The notes: a model not told the origin generated them from the letters alone. A stretch of DNA of 64,000 nt from Adineta vaga (GCA_021613535.1 CP075493.1:17670001-17734000); one strand, 5' to 3'; numbered from the stretch's first letter, positions 12,229 through 26,009 are shown. Program-made: numbers and translations.

Positions 12229-14290
12229 AATCTAAAATTTCAACGAAATTTCCCAAGATCTAAGTCAACAACTAAACGATTTTAATGAACAAAAAACAAA
12301 CAAGCGATGAAAACTTCGTTGAACAAACACGTCCAATCAATAAATGGTGTTGTGAACAACAGAATTTTTAATTCTGATTATTATTTATAGAAATTGGCTT
12401 AGTTTTTAATTCTTATATACATTTAAATTGACAGTAAAATGATCTGATTATAGTTTAGATGGGAGACATTACTAAAAACTATTGGCGCTAGCGTGCAATA
12501 TAATATTGAATAAAATTTATTTCAAGTAATATAAATAAGTAGAAGAAAATATCTAATAAAAAACCGTTTTAATCAATTAATATAAACAGATTATTGTTAG
12601 TAAAATATGATGTAAAATATTTTTGAAAACCATATTCTGTATTTAGCGCCATCATATAAAAAAAGTCGACTGAGTTGTTACATGCATTCCACTAAAACAA
12701 TTCCAAAGATTAATATCGAACAAAATTTCTTGAGTCTTGTTAAACTTTAATTTATAATAAAACAAGAAAAAAAATAACAACATGTAATTGGATAAAATCC
12801 AAAATCCTTCTTCAAGTCTTCTAAATTATTTTACTTTATTTTCAGTTATCGACCTGTAGCAATTCTCAAAATATTTTAACATTATATTATATAATTCCTA
12901 AACTTTGTTTTTATGAAGGATCTTGACCATTATATAATAAAATATTAAAAAAATATTCGAGATCGGATCTTGATTAAATCATGTCATTTTCTTTTCAAGA
13001 TTTCGATGATATGTATCGTGGCATGAATAAAAATGGAGTCAGATATATCTTGAACAAAATGTGAAAGGATCTTGAAGGGTTTTTCAAAGAATGCTCCAAT
13101 ATAAAATAATTGGATAAGCAGATGAAAACTATTTTCAAACTTGACAGGATCTTTCAACGATATACATGTTACTCCTGTCAAACGGATCTTAAAGATATTT
13201 GAACGAAGCTGGACATATGTTAAAATAATATTTTACTATTCTTTCAAATTCTTGAACAAATCTTGAATATTTCTTATACAGAACCTCATACTTTCAGTTG
13301 TCAAATTATCTTAACAGGATCCAAGAAAGATCTTGATCAGGATCCTGATCTTTCTTGCACTTCAGTACGGATAGCATTTCATAAAATATTAAACCAGGAT
13401 CTTGTCAAATCCTAACAAACTCTTTTAAGGATAGCACTAGTTTGAAAATAGAATCTAATCTCACACCTACTTTTTCAAGAAATATAAGGATCATGAACAG
13501 ATCCTTGAAGGAATTTAACCAAAATTTTGTACAAATCCTTTTTACTGAGTTATAGAAATTTAAAAGATAAGAATCTTAGAATCCTGTCAAGATCTTGCAA
13601 ATAAAGTTAGTGTGGCAATAAAATAAAACCGTTCGCAGATCCTAGCAGTTTCCTCATATTTTTGTGCCATGATCCTTATGAAAGTTAATATGTTTGAAGC
13701 AAAGTTCGATGGATTTTAGTCAGACAGGATCTCGACACGATCCTGGACAAATTTAGAACACTATATTGAAATACAATTAGCCACGGAATCGATCAAGATC
13801 CGATTTAGAGTTTTGCAAGATTTTTAACATCTATATCGATATATGATTGCTGTATCTTTTCTTGTCAGGATCAGTCTCCGATCTGTTGTCACACATTGAA
13901 AGAATGATGAGGTGTATTTGTTCGTTGAATCTAGATAAAATTTTGATAAATTCTTGATATAATTTAATTTCAGTATTCCTACTAAGATCCTAAACAAGAA
14001 CCGAGAGAAATCTTGAACAGATCTTGATGTATCATTCTATGATATAATCCAAAACAGGAACCTGAAAAATCCTGACCAAGATCGTGTTTGACCGTGACAT
14101 ATCCTGTGTAAAGGAAAAATTGAGGATTCAAAACAAGATTCTAAATTAAACTTGAACGGATCTTGATACAAAGAAAACTCAAGGATTCGCAACAAGATCC
14201 TCATTTAATCTTGGCCGGATCTTACAAAATCAGGATCCTGAAAAAACCTGGCAAGATTTCACAAGGAACGACCAGGATTGAGACTAGGGA

Positions 14291-14341
14291 AGGGTGGGTG
14301 TGGGTAGTTGTTGATTTTTCTTTCATATCCACCATCACCCC
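14291..14341. repeat. Degenerate telomeric-repeat hairpin abutting the transposon TSD
   Basis: AGGGTGGGTGTGGGT...ATCCCACCATCACCCC immediately after the GGG-AA end. Confidence 0.55.
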
Positions 14342-14598
14342 GACGCGTACTACGTTGTCGTATCGAGTTTTCTGTACGTCCCCATTTTTGTTTCTCTCGT
14401 CGGTATGCATCAATGGATTTGGGTCCTGTTCATCGTGATTCGCAACGTGGTGACAGCTTGCGGACTGGTCTCACTGATCGCTTCAGTTTTTTTTAATACC
14501 TCAAAGACCACCTTTGAATCTGCCGCCAATGCAGTACACTCTTATTCAGTTTTCGGACTACTTCATCAATGTGCACACTTTATCTACATAAATCAAAT

Positions 14599-14665
14599 GG
14601 GTGTGGGTGTGGGTGTGAGCATTACATCTATCCAACAACCACACCCACACCCACACCCTCAAGAT
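14599..14665. repeat. Telomeric-repeat hairpin
   Basis: 19-bp perfect arms, 22-nt loop agcattacatctatccaacaac, followed by TCAAGAT. Confidence 0.9.
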
Positions 14666-14864
14666 TATTTTGTGTGAGAACGATACGATATATGATATGA
14701 AGAAATAAAGGAAAGCGTAGCTCCATCAGCGCTAAAGCCTCTTTTATCAAAAAATCATCACGGTGCGGATCAGCAGGGAGACCTTGGTGATTTTCAGCCA
14801 AGTCTTCTTTGTATTACTTCAGTTTATCAAATTCATTCAAAACATAATTTCTTTGAATTTGAAT

Positions 14865-15130
14865 GTCTCAGATGAACATAATCTAGGTATCAACAACATG
14901 TTATTGACAACATATTTGAAACCTCGTACTTTTTCGAGCATACGGGAAAAGTGAGCACATTACTAGAATCAATCGATGCGTGCATCCATACGTTCGTTTA
15001 CAGGATAACTCCTAGAAGGCTAATCAGATTACGATGAAATTTTCTACAGAGTCTTGTTTCATCAATATCTTGCTGGAGTTCGAAGATGAGCCTGATTGGG
15101 TAAGCCGATGCTAGGTTATTGAAAAAATAC
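14865..15130 (+). mobile_element. HINE/DINE-1-like dispersed repeat, copy 2
   Basis: Aligns by eye with the reverse complement of 25280-25545 and with 4545-4700. Confidence 0.6.
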
Positions 15131-15537
15131 GGATACTTCCTCATATCATCTATCTAATACACTTTTTGTAATACACAAAACTTTCGGATAAAATCCGAAA
15201 TTTCCGCATTTATTTTCTTTTGTTCGCGATACATATAAATATAATCGAATAAAGAGAACGTCATATATGTAATTTTCTTTTCTTAACGAGTTGATTGATA
15301 TAACATAGTATAGATAACCTTCATAATTGCTTGAATTATATATGTTCTCTTTCCATTTTTTATATGTACGTGGAGTCAATGCTCTTTATCACTAACAATT
15401 ATCTGTTTTTGCTTCTGTGTCTTACAAGAGAAATCTTCTTTTTCTGTATAACATATATATCGGGTGGGGCAGATTAAATGAACATCTCAGTATTTTTGCA
15501 TGTTTTTCATCTATAGTTCAAAATAGAAACAAAAATT

Positions 15538-15608
15538 TTGAGGGTGTGGGTGTGGATGCGGATCTTCCTCCTATATATTCAAATCCACACCCACACCCAC
15601 ACTCTCAA
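15538..15608. repeat. Telomeric-repeat hairpin
   Basis: TTGAGGGTGTGGGTGTGGATGCGGAT-cttcctcctatatattcaa-ATCCACACCCACACCCACACTCTCAA; extra CACCCTC(AA) half-sites follow to ~15673. Confidence 0.85.
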
Positions 15609-17128
15609 TTAGGTATTATCCTGCCACACCCTCAACTAGCTGTTACCTTATCACACCCTCCGTACACCCTCAACTCACACAACATGCAGTTGAAATCTGA
15701 TTTTCACTTGAAAATTTCATTTGAACAGTCCAATTCAAGAAGTTAATATGATATTTGAATTGAAATTTTTATTTTCAATTGAATACAAATTTCAAGTTTT
15801 ACATGTATGAATTTACTATAGGGGAGTCTTCTATTATGAGATTGTCTTTTAATATATTCGAGACTTTATCTCAAAAGTTATCATTATATTATTAAATCCT
15901 CTGAATATATGTTGTGTACTTAACTCGTTCTTTGATTATTTAGCAGCGTCCCATCTTGCAGTCAAGGAACAGGTAAAAATATCACTCGATTGTTTATTAG
16001 TTTACTTCGTCATTAATCTACATTTCTGTACATCTGGATACTTTTTATGGTGGAATATAAACTGTACACAAACCTTACATTTTTCAAAAGCATTAGATTA
16101 AGCCGATTTTTGTTTTAAATTCTCATTATTGAAGATCCGCGAGAGAGCAGTAATGGTCTCTAGTATCACATACAGTACCGTCAGTCTCTGATATATTGGA
16201 TATATAAGATAAGAGGCTAATATCTAAGTACAAACAGGAAAGAAAAAGTAGACGATAATCATTTGACTTGTTAGGAGAGAAGAAAGAAGAAGGAGAAAAC
16301 AGAGAGAAAAGGATAGAGGCATACAATTATTTAGACTGTCACAATAGTAATTATATATGACTGAACATTTGTGATTGTGAGAGATATTTCAAGAAAATAT
16401 TAGATAAATTCGTTTTCATTTCCTTTCCAAATTCTTGAATACCACTGAGAAGTAATATTTCATAACTTGTAAGCAAAACAATCTACTAGAGAACCGAGAT
16501 ATAGTATTATTCATACCTTTTTCAGTTCGCATAAGCTTTTAAATCCTTAATCAACTGCAAAAGAATCATAAAAACTATAAATTCTTCAATATTTACTAGA
16601 ATCTTTCTTAGAGCATTCATTGACGTGAGATGAGAGCTATAAAAGTATTCCGACATAGTTAGCAAGCACCATTTTTTGTAGAATTTTTACTGACATCAAT
16701 ACTTAATAAATTGAATGAATTTTTTTGCACAGTACTGAACTTCTGATTTAATTAACATAAGATAAGAAAAGTTCGCTTTTGAAAACTTTTGCTTAGCCAA
16801 ATTATTAACAGATTGATTTACACTTCTCGACAAAGAAGAAAAGCGAAGACTCGTTTTAAAAAAATCGGAGCATTCAATACCGAAGTAAAATATCTTTCGT
16901 ATTTTTTATAAGACACCTCCAGACCACTCATGAAATCCTGACTATGTCACTAACTATAGAATGAGAAATGTGATATATATATGATAATATAGAACGAAAG
17001 AAAGTCTATATACAAGAAAAGAAAGAAGATTGATTTTTATCTTAAATAATTTTATGAAAGATAAAAAAATATTCTAAACAGTTAATAAATATACTAGTGG
17101 TACTTCTCTTCAATAACTGCATTTAGAC

Positions 17129-17170
17129 TAGTGGCGGCCCCAAGAATGGGCTGACGGGGGCTAAGCTCCT
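17129..17170 (+). mobile_element. MITE terminus remnant (TAGTGGCG type)
   Basis: GC-rich TAGTGGCGGCCCCAAG...GGGGGCT resembles the terminus ending at 42058. Confidence 0.35.
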
Positions 17171-17547
17171 CTTCCAGATTTTTAAAAATTCTCAAAAAAA
17201 ATTAACAATTTTGTTATAAGTATACAAGAGTTCAGAGCGTTGACACTCAAAGGGTTACATATTTATTCTTCATCATGAATTTCTTAAGATATACTGTTGT
17301 CTTATCAGCATAATATATCGATTATTTTTGAAAATGAATGAAGAGTCAATAATTATCTTTATAGAGGTTCGTTGTTGAGTAATGAGTCATATTTATTACT
17401 ATCAATTTTCATTTTGTTAGATACACAAAAAAAGATAACGAATCAGTTTTTCTCTCTTACGAATTTAACTGATGAACAATTAGATAAATATTTCGTATCT
17501 CTATTTTGTCTTCACTTTTACGAGATAAATATTGAAGAAATGAAAAA

Positions 17548-17627
17548 GAGGGTGGGTGTGGGTGTGGGTGGGTGTGGGTATGTCTTCTTCACTCACATCT
17601 ACAACCACACCCACACCCACACCCTAG
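17548..17627. repeat. Telomeric-repeat hairpin (CCCTAG-ended type)
   Basis: GAGGGTGGGTGTGGGTGTGGGTGGGTGTGGGT, 24-nt loop, ACCACACCCACACCCACACCCTAG. Confidence 0.9.
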
Positions 17628-18078
17628 TGAGGTACTAGAGTAACGCTTTTTCCCTCTTCCCACAGCCTCACCCACATCCCAATTAAAACTATGCTGCGCA
17701 TTTTTTTAAAATTTTCACAACTATCATAAACGATGTGTTTCGAAAATAAAATAGTGTTGTTTATATTATATTTACGTTGCCACTAATGGATCGAACTTCA
17801 GACTACGCTGCGAGCACTATTCTGCAGAAGAGAAAAAAACATTTTCTTTCTCTCTACACAAAATTTTTTATGCATTTTTGGTTTTGTAACCGATGAAAAC
17901 CCACACTCTAGTGAAATGAATGTTTGATGACAATAGACTAACTTCTTTTCCGTAGTGTTATTCTTGAAGAAAGTTTGACCATTTTCTAGATTTTCTTAGT
18001 GTTAGTTCATATTAGGTTTAATATAGGTTATTTCATATCACGAAAGAATCACTTATAATAAATTGGGTAAACGATGAG

Positions 18079-18118
18079 CTAGGTGTGGGTGAGACAATGA
18101 GAAAATACTTACACCCAC
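18079..18118. repeat. Short degenerate telomeric-repeat hairpin
   Basis: CTAGGTGTGGGTGAG...CTTACACCCAC. Confidence 0.5.
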
Positions 18119-18423
18119 GGAAAAGTTTAGCTGTGTATATGGTCTGTAAGAGTGTTCACAGTGATCCATGATACCATTCATAAGAATACCTATCATCGAG
18201 TGTGATAGAGTCAACAGAGAAAAAATGAATCCTGAGTTTCTTGGATTTTTCGAGATCCGAGGATGCACTTCCCCCTTCCTTTAGATGGGTTTACGAAACT
18301 CGTCGGTCATGTTTCGAGAAGGATGTAAGCTTTTGCTCCTATACATTTCGATACTCTCTTTTAGATCGTGCTTCACTAAATCCCTCCACACTGGTGTTTA
18401 TTTATGAAAAATCCTTATAAATA

Positions 18424-20050
18424 ATGGTACACCAATCAGCCACAAATGACAAGAAAGGTCATTCATCTTCAACTGCGACTTTCGTAATCAGAGCAGTTGT
18501 TTTATATGTCCTCTACTTTATTTTCCCACCATTTGTGTGGATCTGTTATCTTTTTAAGTGCATCTATAAGTGCTGTAAGTGTAAGTGTTGCGATTGTTCA
18601 AATTTACTTAAATACTGTACGAAAAGATACTGTATCAAAGGATGCTGGACGAAAAAATGCTGTGACAAAACAGGTAAACAGTTTAGACGTACATTTTCTA
18701 CTTATTCTAATTAATTCTATTTTTTTAGGCCAACTCATTTTTATGGAGTTTCTCACTTTTATATGTTATGGATGCTTTCTTGTAACTGGTATGAATTGGA
18801 TATTCTATTATAAGTACTCTCTACCTTCATTCGAAGTGAATGAACTCGAAATATATGAACCATTGGCATGGGTTATTTCTACAATGACTGTTCTACATAT
18901 TTACAAAGTATACAATTATAGTTTAAATAAAAGATATAAATCTGCAGATAATCATGTAGATAATTCTGAAGTTAATACTGGAGGTAACCTTGCAGATAAA
19001 AATGATCAATTTACATCGGTAGCAAACGCTAGACAACAGGATTCGATGGAAGAATCAGGCACACAAAATTCTCTTAAGAAAAGAAAAACGCCGAAAATTT
19101 TCTCAGAATGTGAAAGAGGATGTTATGTATATTATACTATCTGGATTATTCCTGTTGGTATCGGCATACTTCATGCATTTATTCCTACTATTGATCGCTA
19201 TTTCACAGAAAATGAAGGAATTAATCATACTCAATGGGAAATTAGGTGTATGCGTATTTCATACATCATATTTTCATGCATATTCGATAGTGTACTATTT
19301 ATTATGATTTTCGCAAGTATTACACATTATACGTTTGCATATAATGACCTGAAAAACATCCTTAGTCCTAAAAATATAAAAGCAAATAACAACTCAGAAA
19401 CATCAGACATTTCGAACATGTGTACGCCAGAATATCTCAAAAAGCTTTTATCGACTGTGAAGGAGTTTAGAAGTGACATTGATCCATATCATATATACGA
19501 AGCAACAATGGGATGCGCCCTAAGTATGAATCTTCTATTAATTGGAACTGTAGCGGTGTATGCAATTATATATGGTTATCCCTTCGATCTGTTGATATTC
19601 TGGTGTTGTATTGACATTGCGACTTTGTCTATTTTTATCGTCATATTTTTAGGGGTTGTCGTTTTTATCAACGAATTGTTACTGGACGATTTCATTAGCA
19701 AATTGAGAAAGTTGAAATTAGAAAAAATAGATTCGATGAAGAAACAGGATAATAATAAAGAGTTAAATGAAACAAGATTGCCGATGGAACGAGAAAACAG
19801 CGAAGAGAATATTGATTATTTAAGCGCTGTTATCGAGCATATGGAAAGTAAGCGTACGGAATATGCTATCAAATTGCTCGGCTTCATCGTAGATAAAGCA
19901 TTTATCATTAAAATTCTCGCTTCGATCGGTTCATCAATCGTTTCTGTAGTCGTTGCTTGTGCTAAAACAAAATATCGCTCTCGCTCGTCTTCATCTTCTC
20001 AAAGTAAACTAATGATAACTCCCTCATTTTACAAATCTCATTTTGAATAG
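18424..20050 (+). CDS. Multi-pass membrane protein, ~523 aa, 7TM ion channel (GRL/DUF3537/PHTF)-like; intron 18674-18728
   Basis: A GT-AG intron joins the 96-aa and 517-aa ORFs in frame (KT-G-QLIF); about 7 hydrophobic segments; C-terminal YLSAVIEHME...IKLLGFIVDKAFIIKILASIGSSIV; Cys-rich N-terminal cluster. Confidence 0.75.
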
Positions 20051-21489
20051 ATTGTTTATTTAAAATTTCAATAAATTGGATTTCTATGACACTATTATGA
20101 TAAACATATAGTAAGTTACATATTTTTACTACAAAAAACTATAAGATGCCTTAAACAAAAGTCAATTTTCTGTGACTTTGGCTGATTGTCATTATACTAT
20201 CAAAATATATGTTAAAAGTAAAGAAAAAAGTATGCATTGTCTTTTTAAATAGTTTTTTTATGCCAACAAAACAGAAAGAATTGCGATTTTATCATTAATA
20301 GTACAGATTGTGCTGAAATTATATAGACTTTCTCCCATATCTGCACACAAAAATGTTTATTTTTTTTCTACAGAAAAGATAATGATCGAATGTTGAACCA
20401 CACAAGTACTATCTGCAAAGCTAGTATCTTATTACAATTTCCTTCAGAGTAGAGAAAAAAAGTGGAAAATTATGAAAATTGACTGCTTCATAATTATAGA
20501 CTCTCTTACCGAAAACGCATTTTCCAGTTTCCTGAGCAGCAATTTAATTTGAGTTCGAATATAAATGAAAAAATTGAAAAAAAACATCAGCCATTAGCAT
20601 ACAGCCAAAGACAAGATTCAACTCAATATTAAAGATATAACTAAGCTAACTTATCCATATAAACTTTGGCCAAAGGCAAATCATCACCAGTAGTGTGTGA
20701 AACATGAAAGGTAAATTCAATTGTTCAAGTATTATAGTTGAATAGTTGCAGTTTCTAACTATCCATTTAGTCCCTTATTTCAACTATTCTTACGCAATAT
20801 TTAATTTTGATGTACATCAAGAGTTGGCTTCATAGTGGCAATATACATTCAAGTGAATATTCAAAATTAAGAAGAATCTATTCATATCTCAGAAAAAATA
20901 TCTTCACATAAAGTAAAACTTTAATAGAATACCGCTATAGTTCTTCAATGTGCGTCTGATTCTGTGAAAAAGACAAAATAACGATCTTCTTGCAACAAGA
21001 AAGAATAATCAGAAGACATGCTTTTAAGTTTTCCACACGTAACAATTATATCTAAAGTCTTCACATATATTGCATAGGTCTGTGCATACATATGCAGACG
21101 TCCTTATCCTCATCCTCACTTTTCTCGCTGTGCATAAACTGACACCATCACATACATCTGTATCCGCCACAAAAAAAAGTAGAAGAAGGAAGCTGACGAT
21201 TGTATCTTACACTCCGAACTGTCTAACAGAGGAGCGACTCCGCAGTTTAGGAAAGTCCGCATTCAATTTCACCCAACGCAAATAACCGTAAAGATCTGCA
21301 TCGACCTTCCAGTGGATCAAGTAGAATTGTAGTGAGAGTTAGTACTGATGATTGTCAGAAAGATAGGTTCTATAAATAGGAAAGAGGTGTCATATTCATC
21401 CTCTTCATGATATTTCATCTACTCGCCATCCTCGCTCTCTTCTGTTGATGACGCTTCTTTTTCTTCCATCTTCTCTTGGACTAGAGGAA

Positions 21490-21575
21490 AGGGTGTGGGT
21501 GTGGGTGAGGGTGGGAGTGAACGTGGGTGTAAGGATAATGATAGACAGCACTCAGATCCACACTCAAAACCTCAA
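21490..21575. repeat. Degenerate telomeric-repeat hairpin
   Basis: AGGGTGTGGGTGTGGGTGAGGGTGGGAGTG...CACTCAGATCCACACTC..CCTCAA; includes a TGAGGG unit. Confidence 0.65.
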
Positions 21576-21984
21576 TGTGACCAATGTGTTGAGCAAACGT
21601 TGGAGTAAGTAAAGTGAAAATTTCATTTTTTTTTTGTCAATACTAATTGATTAGTTGCATTTGCTTAAACACTTGCTGAGAAAAATTTTTGTGCAACTAG
21701 TTTTCGTTCTGTTATTTTTTATGCTTTTATATTGTAAAAGTGAGTTAAAGAGAAAAACAAACCATCTTGAGGGTGATTCCATTTATTTCTTTTATTAATG
21801 CTGTGTGTGCAGTAAGTGACGCAGTTTCAAACAGACCTTGGACAGATTAAAGGAAAGCTGTTTTCTCATTTTCTTGTAGTATGCACAACAGTTAACAAGT
21901 GTCTTTCAGACGAAATATTCCGTACACAAATCTGTTTTGGAATTTTTTTATCGCATATCAAAAGTACTGAATTGTATGCTGTAA

Positions 21985-24647
21985 TGACATCTAAAGGATA
22001 CGAAGAATCTGAAGAGGATAGTGAAAGGTATGTAGTGAGTGTTGTTGACCATTTATACTCACTCAATGATGAACACGTGTATTTTTGCTGTTTGTAGAAT
22101 AAAATGTGTAATCGGTTTAATAATTGGTGGTACGGTTATTTTACTATTGTCAGTGGGTGTCATAACTGCTGTTGGCTTTGTAGTTAGCGAATATCAAAAA
22201 CCCACAACTGAGCCAGGTAGTATTCATAAGTCGATTATGAGAGTGGATAGATACACCTGAAAAAAAACAGTGGACGCATCCATACTTATGCCCTCACATC
22301 TAAATCGATGTCACGGAGAAGATGGCCATAAAGTCCCCTAATCATATATCGAGAACTTTAGAATCGACCAGTCAGATATTGGGGTTATAAAAATCAGAGA
22401 ATCATGTATGGAGGATCTTGAAAACTAATGAGTCGCATACCAATGTCGTTAAAACTACGCAGTAACGTTTCAGGAGTAGTAAAACAGAACAGTTACGTGA
22501 AAGACTGGAAAGACTTTGAAATGGCTAGTCGTTCGTCAGTGTCCCCATGGGACGCCATCTACAATTACTTGCTCCCAGTAGCACTGCTTGCTATGCTAGT
22601 GACAAAAATTCCGCAGAGCTAGATTTAAAATCCAGAAACAATCCTTTATTATTTCACAGCTAGAGATGCAACACTAACGATAACTGTTTCAACCGGTAAC
22701 CTTTATACTTGGACACTGGTTTATACTTGAGAAAATTTGATAAGCATCGTACTACAGTTTTTCATTGAGTCAAAAATGCTAAACTATTCAGCCTAAACAG
22801 TATCTACATGTCATATTGCAGATTCAATCTTGAGGGTGTAGGTGTAAGTGCGTATCAGGCGAAGAATATCACTCACACCCTTACCCAAATTTTGTTTAGT
22901 TAAGCTCTATATCTTCAATACCCGATGGGTCAGTAAATATGCTACCTCCAAAGAACATAAAAATCAACGGAACCATTGAGAATTCTGTCGATTTTGATGT
23001 TCGTATTATTGAGCCTTTTGATACAGTTGGAAGCTAGTAGTCTACTCCAGAATCTTTTTTGGGGGTTCGATAAAACTGCTTCTTTCCACGCTATTTATGT
23101 CATGATAATAATACTAACACCCATTTTACATTATCAACATCAGATGATTCAGGATCAAATTCACCATCAAGTTGTTCTGTAAAATGTGATATAACTTCAA
23201 CTGATATTAATACTGGCTCTTTATCACCTACGTCTTGTTTTAATTATCGAACGATGAATAATATTAGTTATTGTGCTCCTGCTATTGAATGTGCAGTTTT
23301 AGAATCCTGTGATAATGCGACATATAGTTGTAAATCGAATGATTCGGTATGCATTGTTAATTCATGTTGTTCATCATCAGCTGTATGTTTACCTGTTTTG
23401 GCAACAAACTTTTGTACACGAAGTAAGAATAAACATCTATTTTCTTAAAGCGAAGTATATTGTTCTTCACGATATTAACAGATTTCTGTAGTCTAAGTAA
23501 AGGTATAAACAAATGAGAAGTGTTGAGAGTTTGATGTGTTATCACATACAATTCACGATAAATGGTAGGTGTAGACGACGTTGTAAAAGAAAAATAGTTG
23601 TTCACACTCACATCTATTTTATATCTGCAAGCTCACCTACACTTTTCTTATTCAGGATGGATAATGACTGGAAGTGTAAATGTTGCACGCGATTTTCATA
23701 CAGCATCCATGCTATCTAATGGAAAAGTATTAATTGCTGGTGGATATAGTAATTATGCTTCAGTAAATACTGCTGAGTTGTATGATCCATCGACAGGTAG
23801 TTGGACCAGAACAGGAAATATGAGTGCTGTACGAAGTGACCATATAGAGTCTATATTATCCAACGGAAAGATATTAGTTGCTGGTGGATACAATAATGGT
23901 ATTTATTTGAATAGTGCTGAATTATACGATCCAGCGACAGGTAGTTGGACCACAACAGGAAATATGAATAATGCACGTTATGCCTATACAGCATCTATAT
24001 TATCCAATGGAAACGTATTAGTTACTGGTGGAAGGAATGGTGGTGGTTCTCTAAGTAGTGCTGAACTGTATAATCCATCGACAGGTAGTTGGATCACGAC
24101 GGGTAATATGAATGATGCACGACAGCATCATACATCATCTATATTATCCACCGGAAAGATATTAGTTGCTGGTGGATACAATAATGGTATTTTTTTGAAC
24201 AGTGCTGAATTATATGATCCAGTGACAGGTAGTTGGACCACAACAGGAAATATGAATAATGCACGTTATACTCATAAAGCATCTATATTATCCGATGGCA
24301 AAGTATTAGCTACTGGTGGATGGAATGATAGTATTTATTTGACTAGTGCTGAATTATATGATCCCGAGACAGGTAATTGGACGACAACAGGAAATATGAA
24401 TGTTGGAAGACGACATCATACGGCATCTGTATTACCCAATGGAAAAGTTTTAGTTATTGGAGGACGTAATTATGATGTTTTTCTGAAAAGTACTGAATTG
24501 TATGACCCATCAACAGGTCGTTGGACCACAACAGGAAATATGCATATTGAACGATATTCTCATACAGCATCTATATTATTCAATGGAAAAGTATTAGTTG
24601 TTAGTGGATATAATGGTGGTTATACGAATGGTGCTGAATTGTATTGA
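21985..24647 (+). CDS. Multi-exon protein: probable N-terminal TM anchor, Cys-rich domain and ~7 Kelch (galactose-oxidase-type) repeats
   Basis: Kelch units ASILSNGKVLVAGG...SAELYDP.TG.W (23656-24647); intron 23423-23655 joins the Cys-rich exon in frame; linkage of upstream exons (21985, 22098-22216) is less certain. Confidence 0.75.
22827..22887. repeat. Telomeric-repeat hairpin (ATCTTGAG-flanked), probably intronic
   Basis: ATCTTGAGGGTGTAGGTGTAAGTG-cgtatcaggcgaagaatat-CACTCACACCCTTACCCA; loop reverse complement resembles the 41708 loop. Confidence 0.7.
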
Positions 24648-25279
24648 TAAATACTTATAGAACTACATTTATCTTTCATATTGAAAAATAAGTCCTACTT
24701 AATTATAAACATTGATATAAATTCATATTAATATGATATTCAAATTACGTTCAATTACTTGAACACTAGTTTTACTGAACAAAGTATATTTTTGCCAGTG
24801 ACAATGAACAATTGTGATAGCATCGAAAGTATCAAATTTTTAATTTAAATAGAATCAAAATTGAAGAATTTGATTTAGCTTCAGAAAAACTTTGACTCTT
24901 GTCAATCAGAGACCATCACAGGCGGTTTTGTTATGTCCCGTCCTGTTCTCAGAATAGCTCCATCAGGGTGAAGCGTTTTATAGAGTTTGATGATCTCAAC
25001 AGTGTCAGAGTTAGGACGAAAGTATTTGTACTTGGACTTTTCAAGAGTTTTCACAATCGCAGTTTTAACTATATCTTCGTGAATATTATACATCGTTAAT
25101 TTTAAAATACTTTTCGTACAACATGAGAATAGCTACTCTTGAATAGAAAAAAATGTTCATAGTAGCAATTAATTTCAAACAGAAGCGAAAATAAATGCGA
25201 AACTTGGGATTTTATCTGAAGGTTGTGTGTACTGCAAAAAGTTTATGAGATAGAAGACATATGGAAGTCATACGGTAAT

Positions 25280-25545
25280 ATCAGTATTTTTTAAATAACT
25301 CAAGAATGGCTTCTCCAATCAAACTCATCATCGTACTCAAGCGAGATATTGATGTGAGAATACTCTCTAGAAAATTTATCACGAACGGATTAACCTTTCA
25401 GGAGTTATCATGTAAAAAAACGAATGAACAGACACACTGATTGATTCTAGTAGTGCGTTTTCTTTTCTCAAATACTAGAAAAGTCAGGCGTTTGATCTCT
25501 TGTCAACAAAATGTTGTTAGTACTTTGATTATGTTCAACTAAAGC
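25280..25545 (-). mobile_element. HINE/DINE-1-like dispersed repeat, copy 3
   Basis: Reverse complement aligns with 14865-15130. Confidence 0.6.
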
Positions 25546-26009
25546 TCATCATTGAACAAAATTGTTTGCTTGAATAGATTTCTACACTTCACACCATCTA
25601 TCATATTTGCATTGACTTTGGTGACGTTAACCAATAGAAAGATGACTTGAGTGAAATTCACTCAGATATCTCTCCTTGGCCCCTTTTAGTAATTCTAACA
25701 TCATGTTGATCTTTCTTTAGATCTGGGCAATTATTATAAAAAATTTAGTGACAGTAGGTATTACACGAGGCGATAGCTAAGAAAACGGTCATATGAATGG
25801 GATTCATCCAGACAACCCTCACTAATCTGCTTAATGATTTGACCATCGCATTGACCTTTCTTTAGGCTTAATCAACCATCGTGGAACGGTGTTTGCTACA
25901 GAAACTAAGTGTATAGGGAACTGACAGAGAGACCAATAAGCTTTTCTTCACTATAGATGTATAGAAAATATAGATATTTTTGCTGAAACTCAGCAACGAT
26001 ACAACCGCT

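Larger units (their letters stand above)
6254..14289 (-). mobile_element. Autonomous CMC/EnSpm(CACTA)-like DNA transposon, ~8.0 kb
   Basis: Imperfect TIRs CCCTAGggaaAATCCT / AGGATTgagaCTAGGG, 2-bp AA TSD, subterminal regions rich in AGGAT/AGATC motifs at both ends, internal transposase plus accessory gene. Confidence 0.88.

Noticed and set aside
15683-15806. Imperfect inverted repeat rich in TTGAA/TTCAA
   Set aside because: Too degenerate, AT-rich and without a TSD to call as an element
17775-17820. B-box-like GTTCGATCC on the minus strand
   Set aside because: No convincing cloverleaf or A-box
24800-25099. 63-aa minus-strand ORF with LRTGRD followed by stops
   Set aside because: Probably a decayed gene or TE fragment, but no family could be assigned
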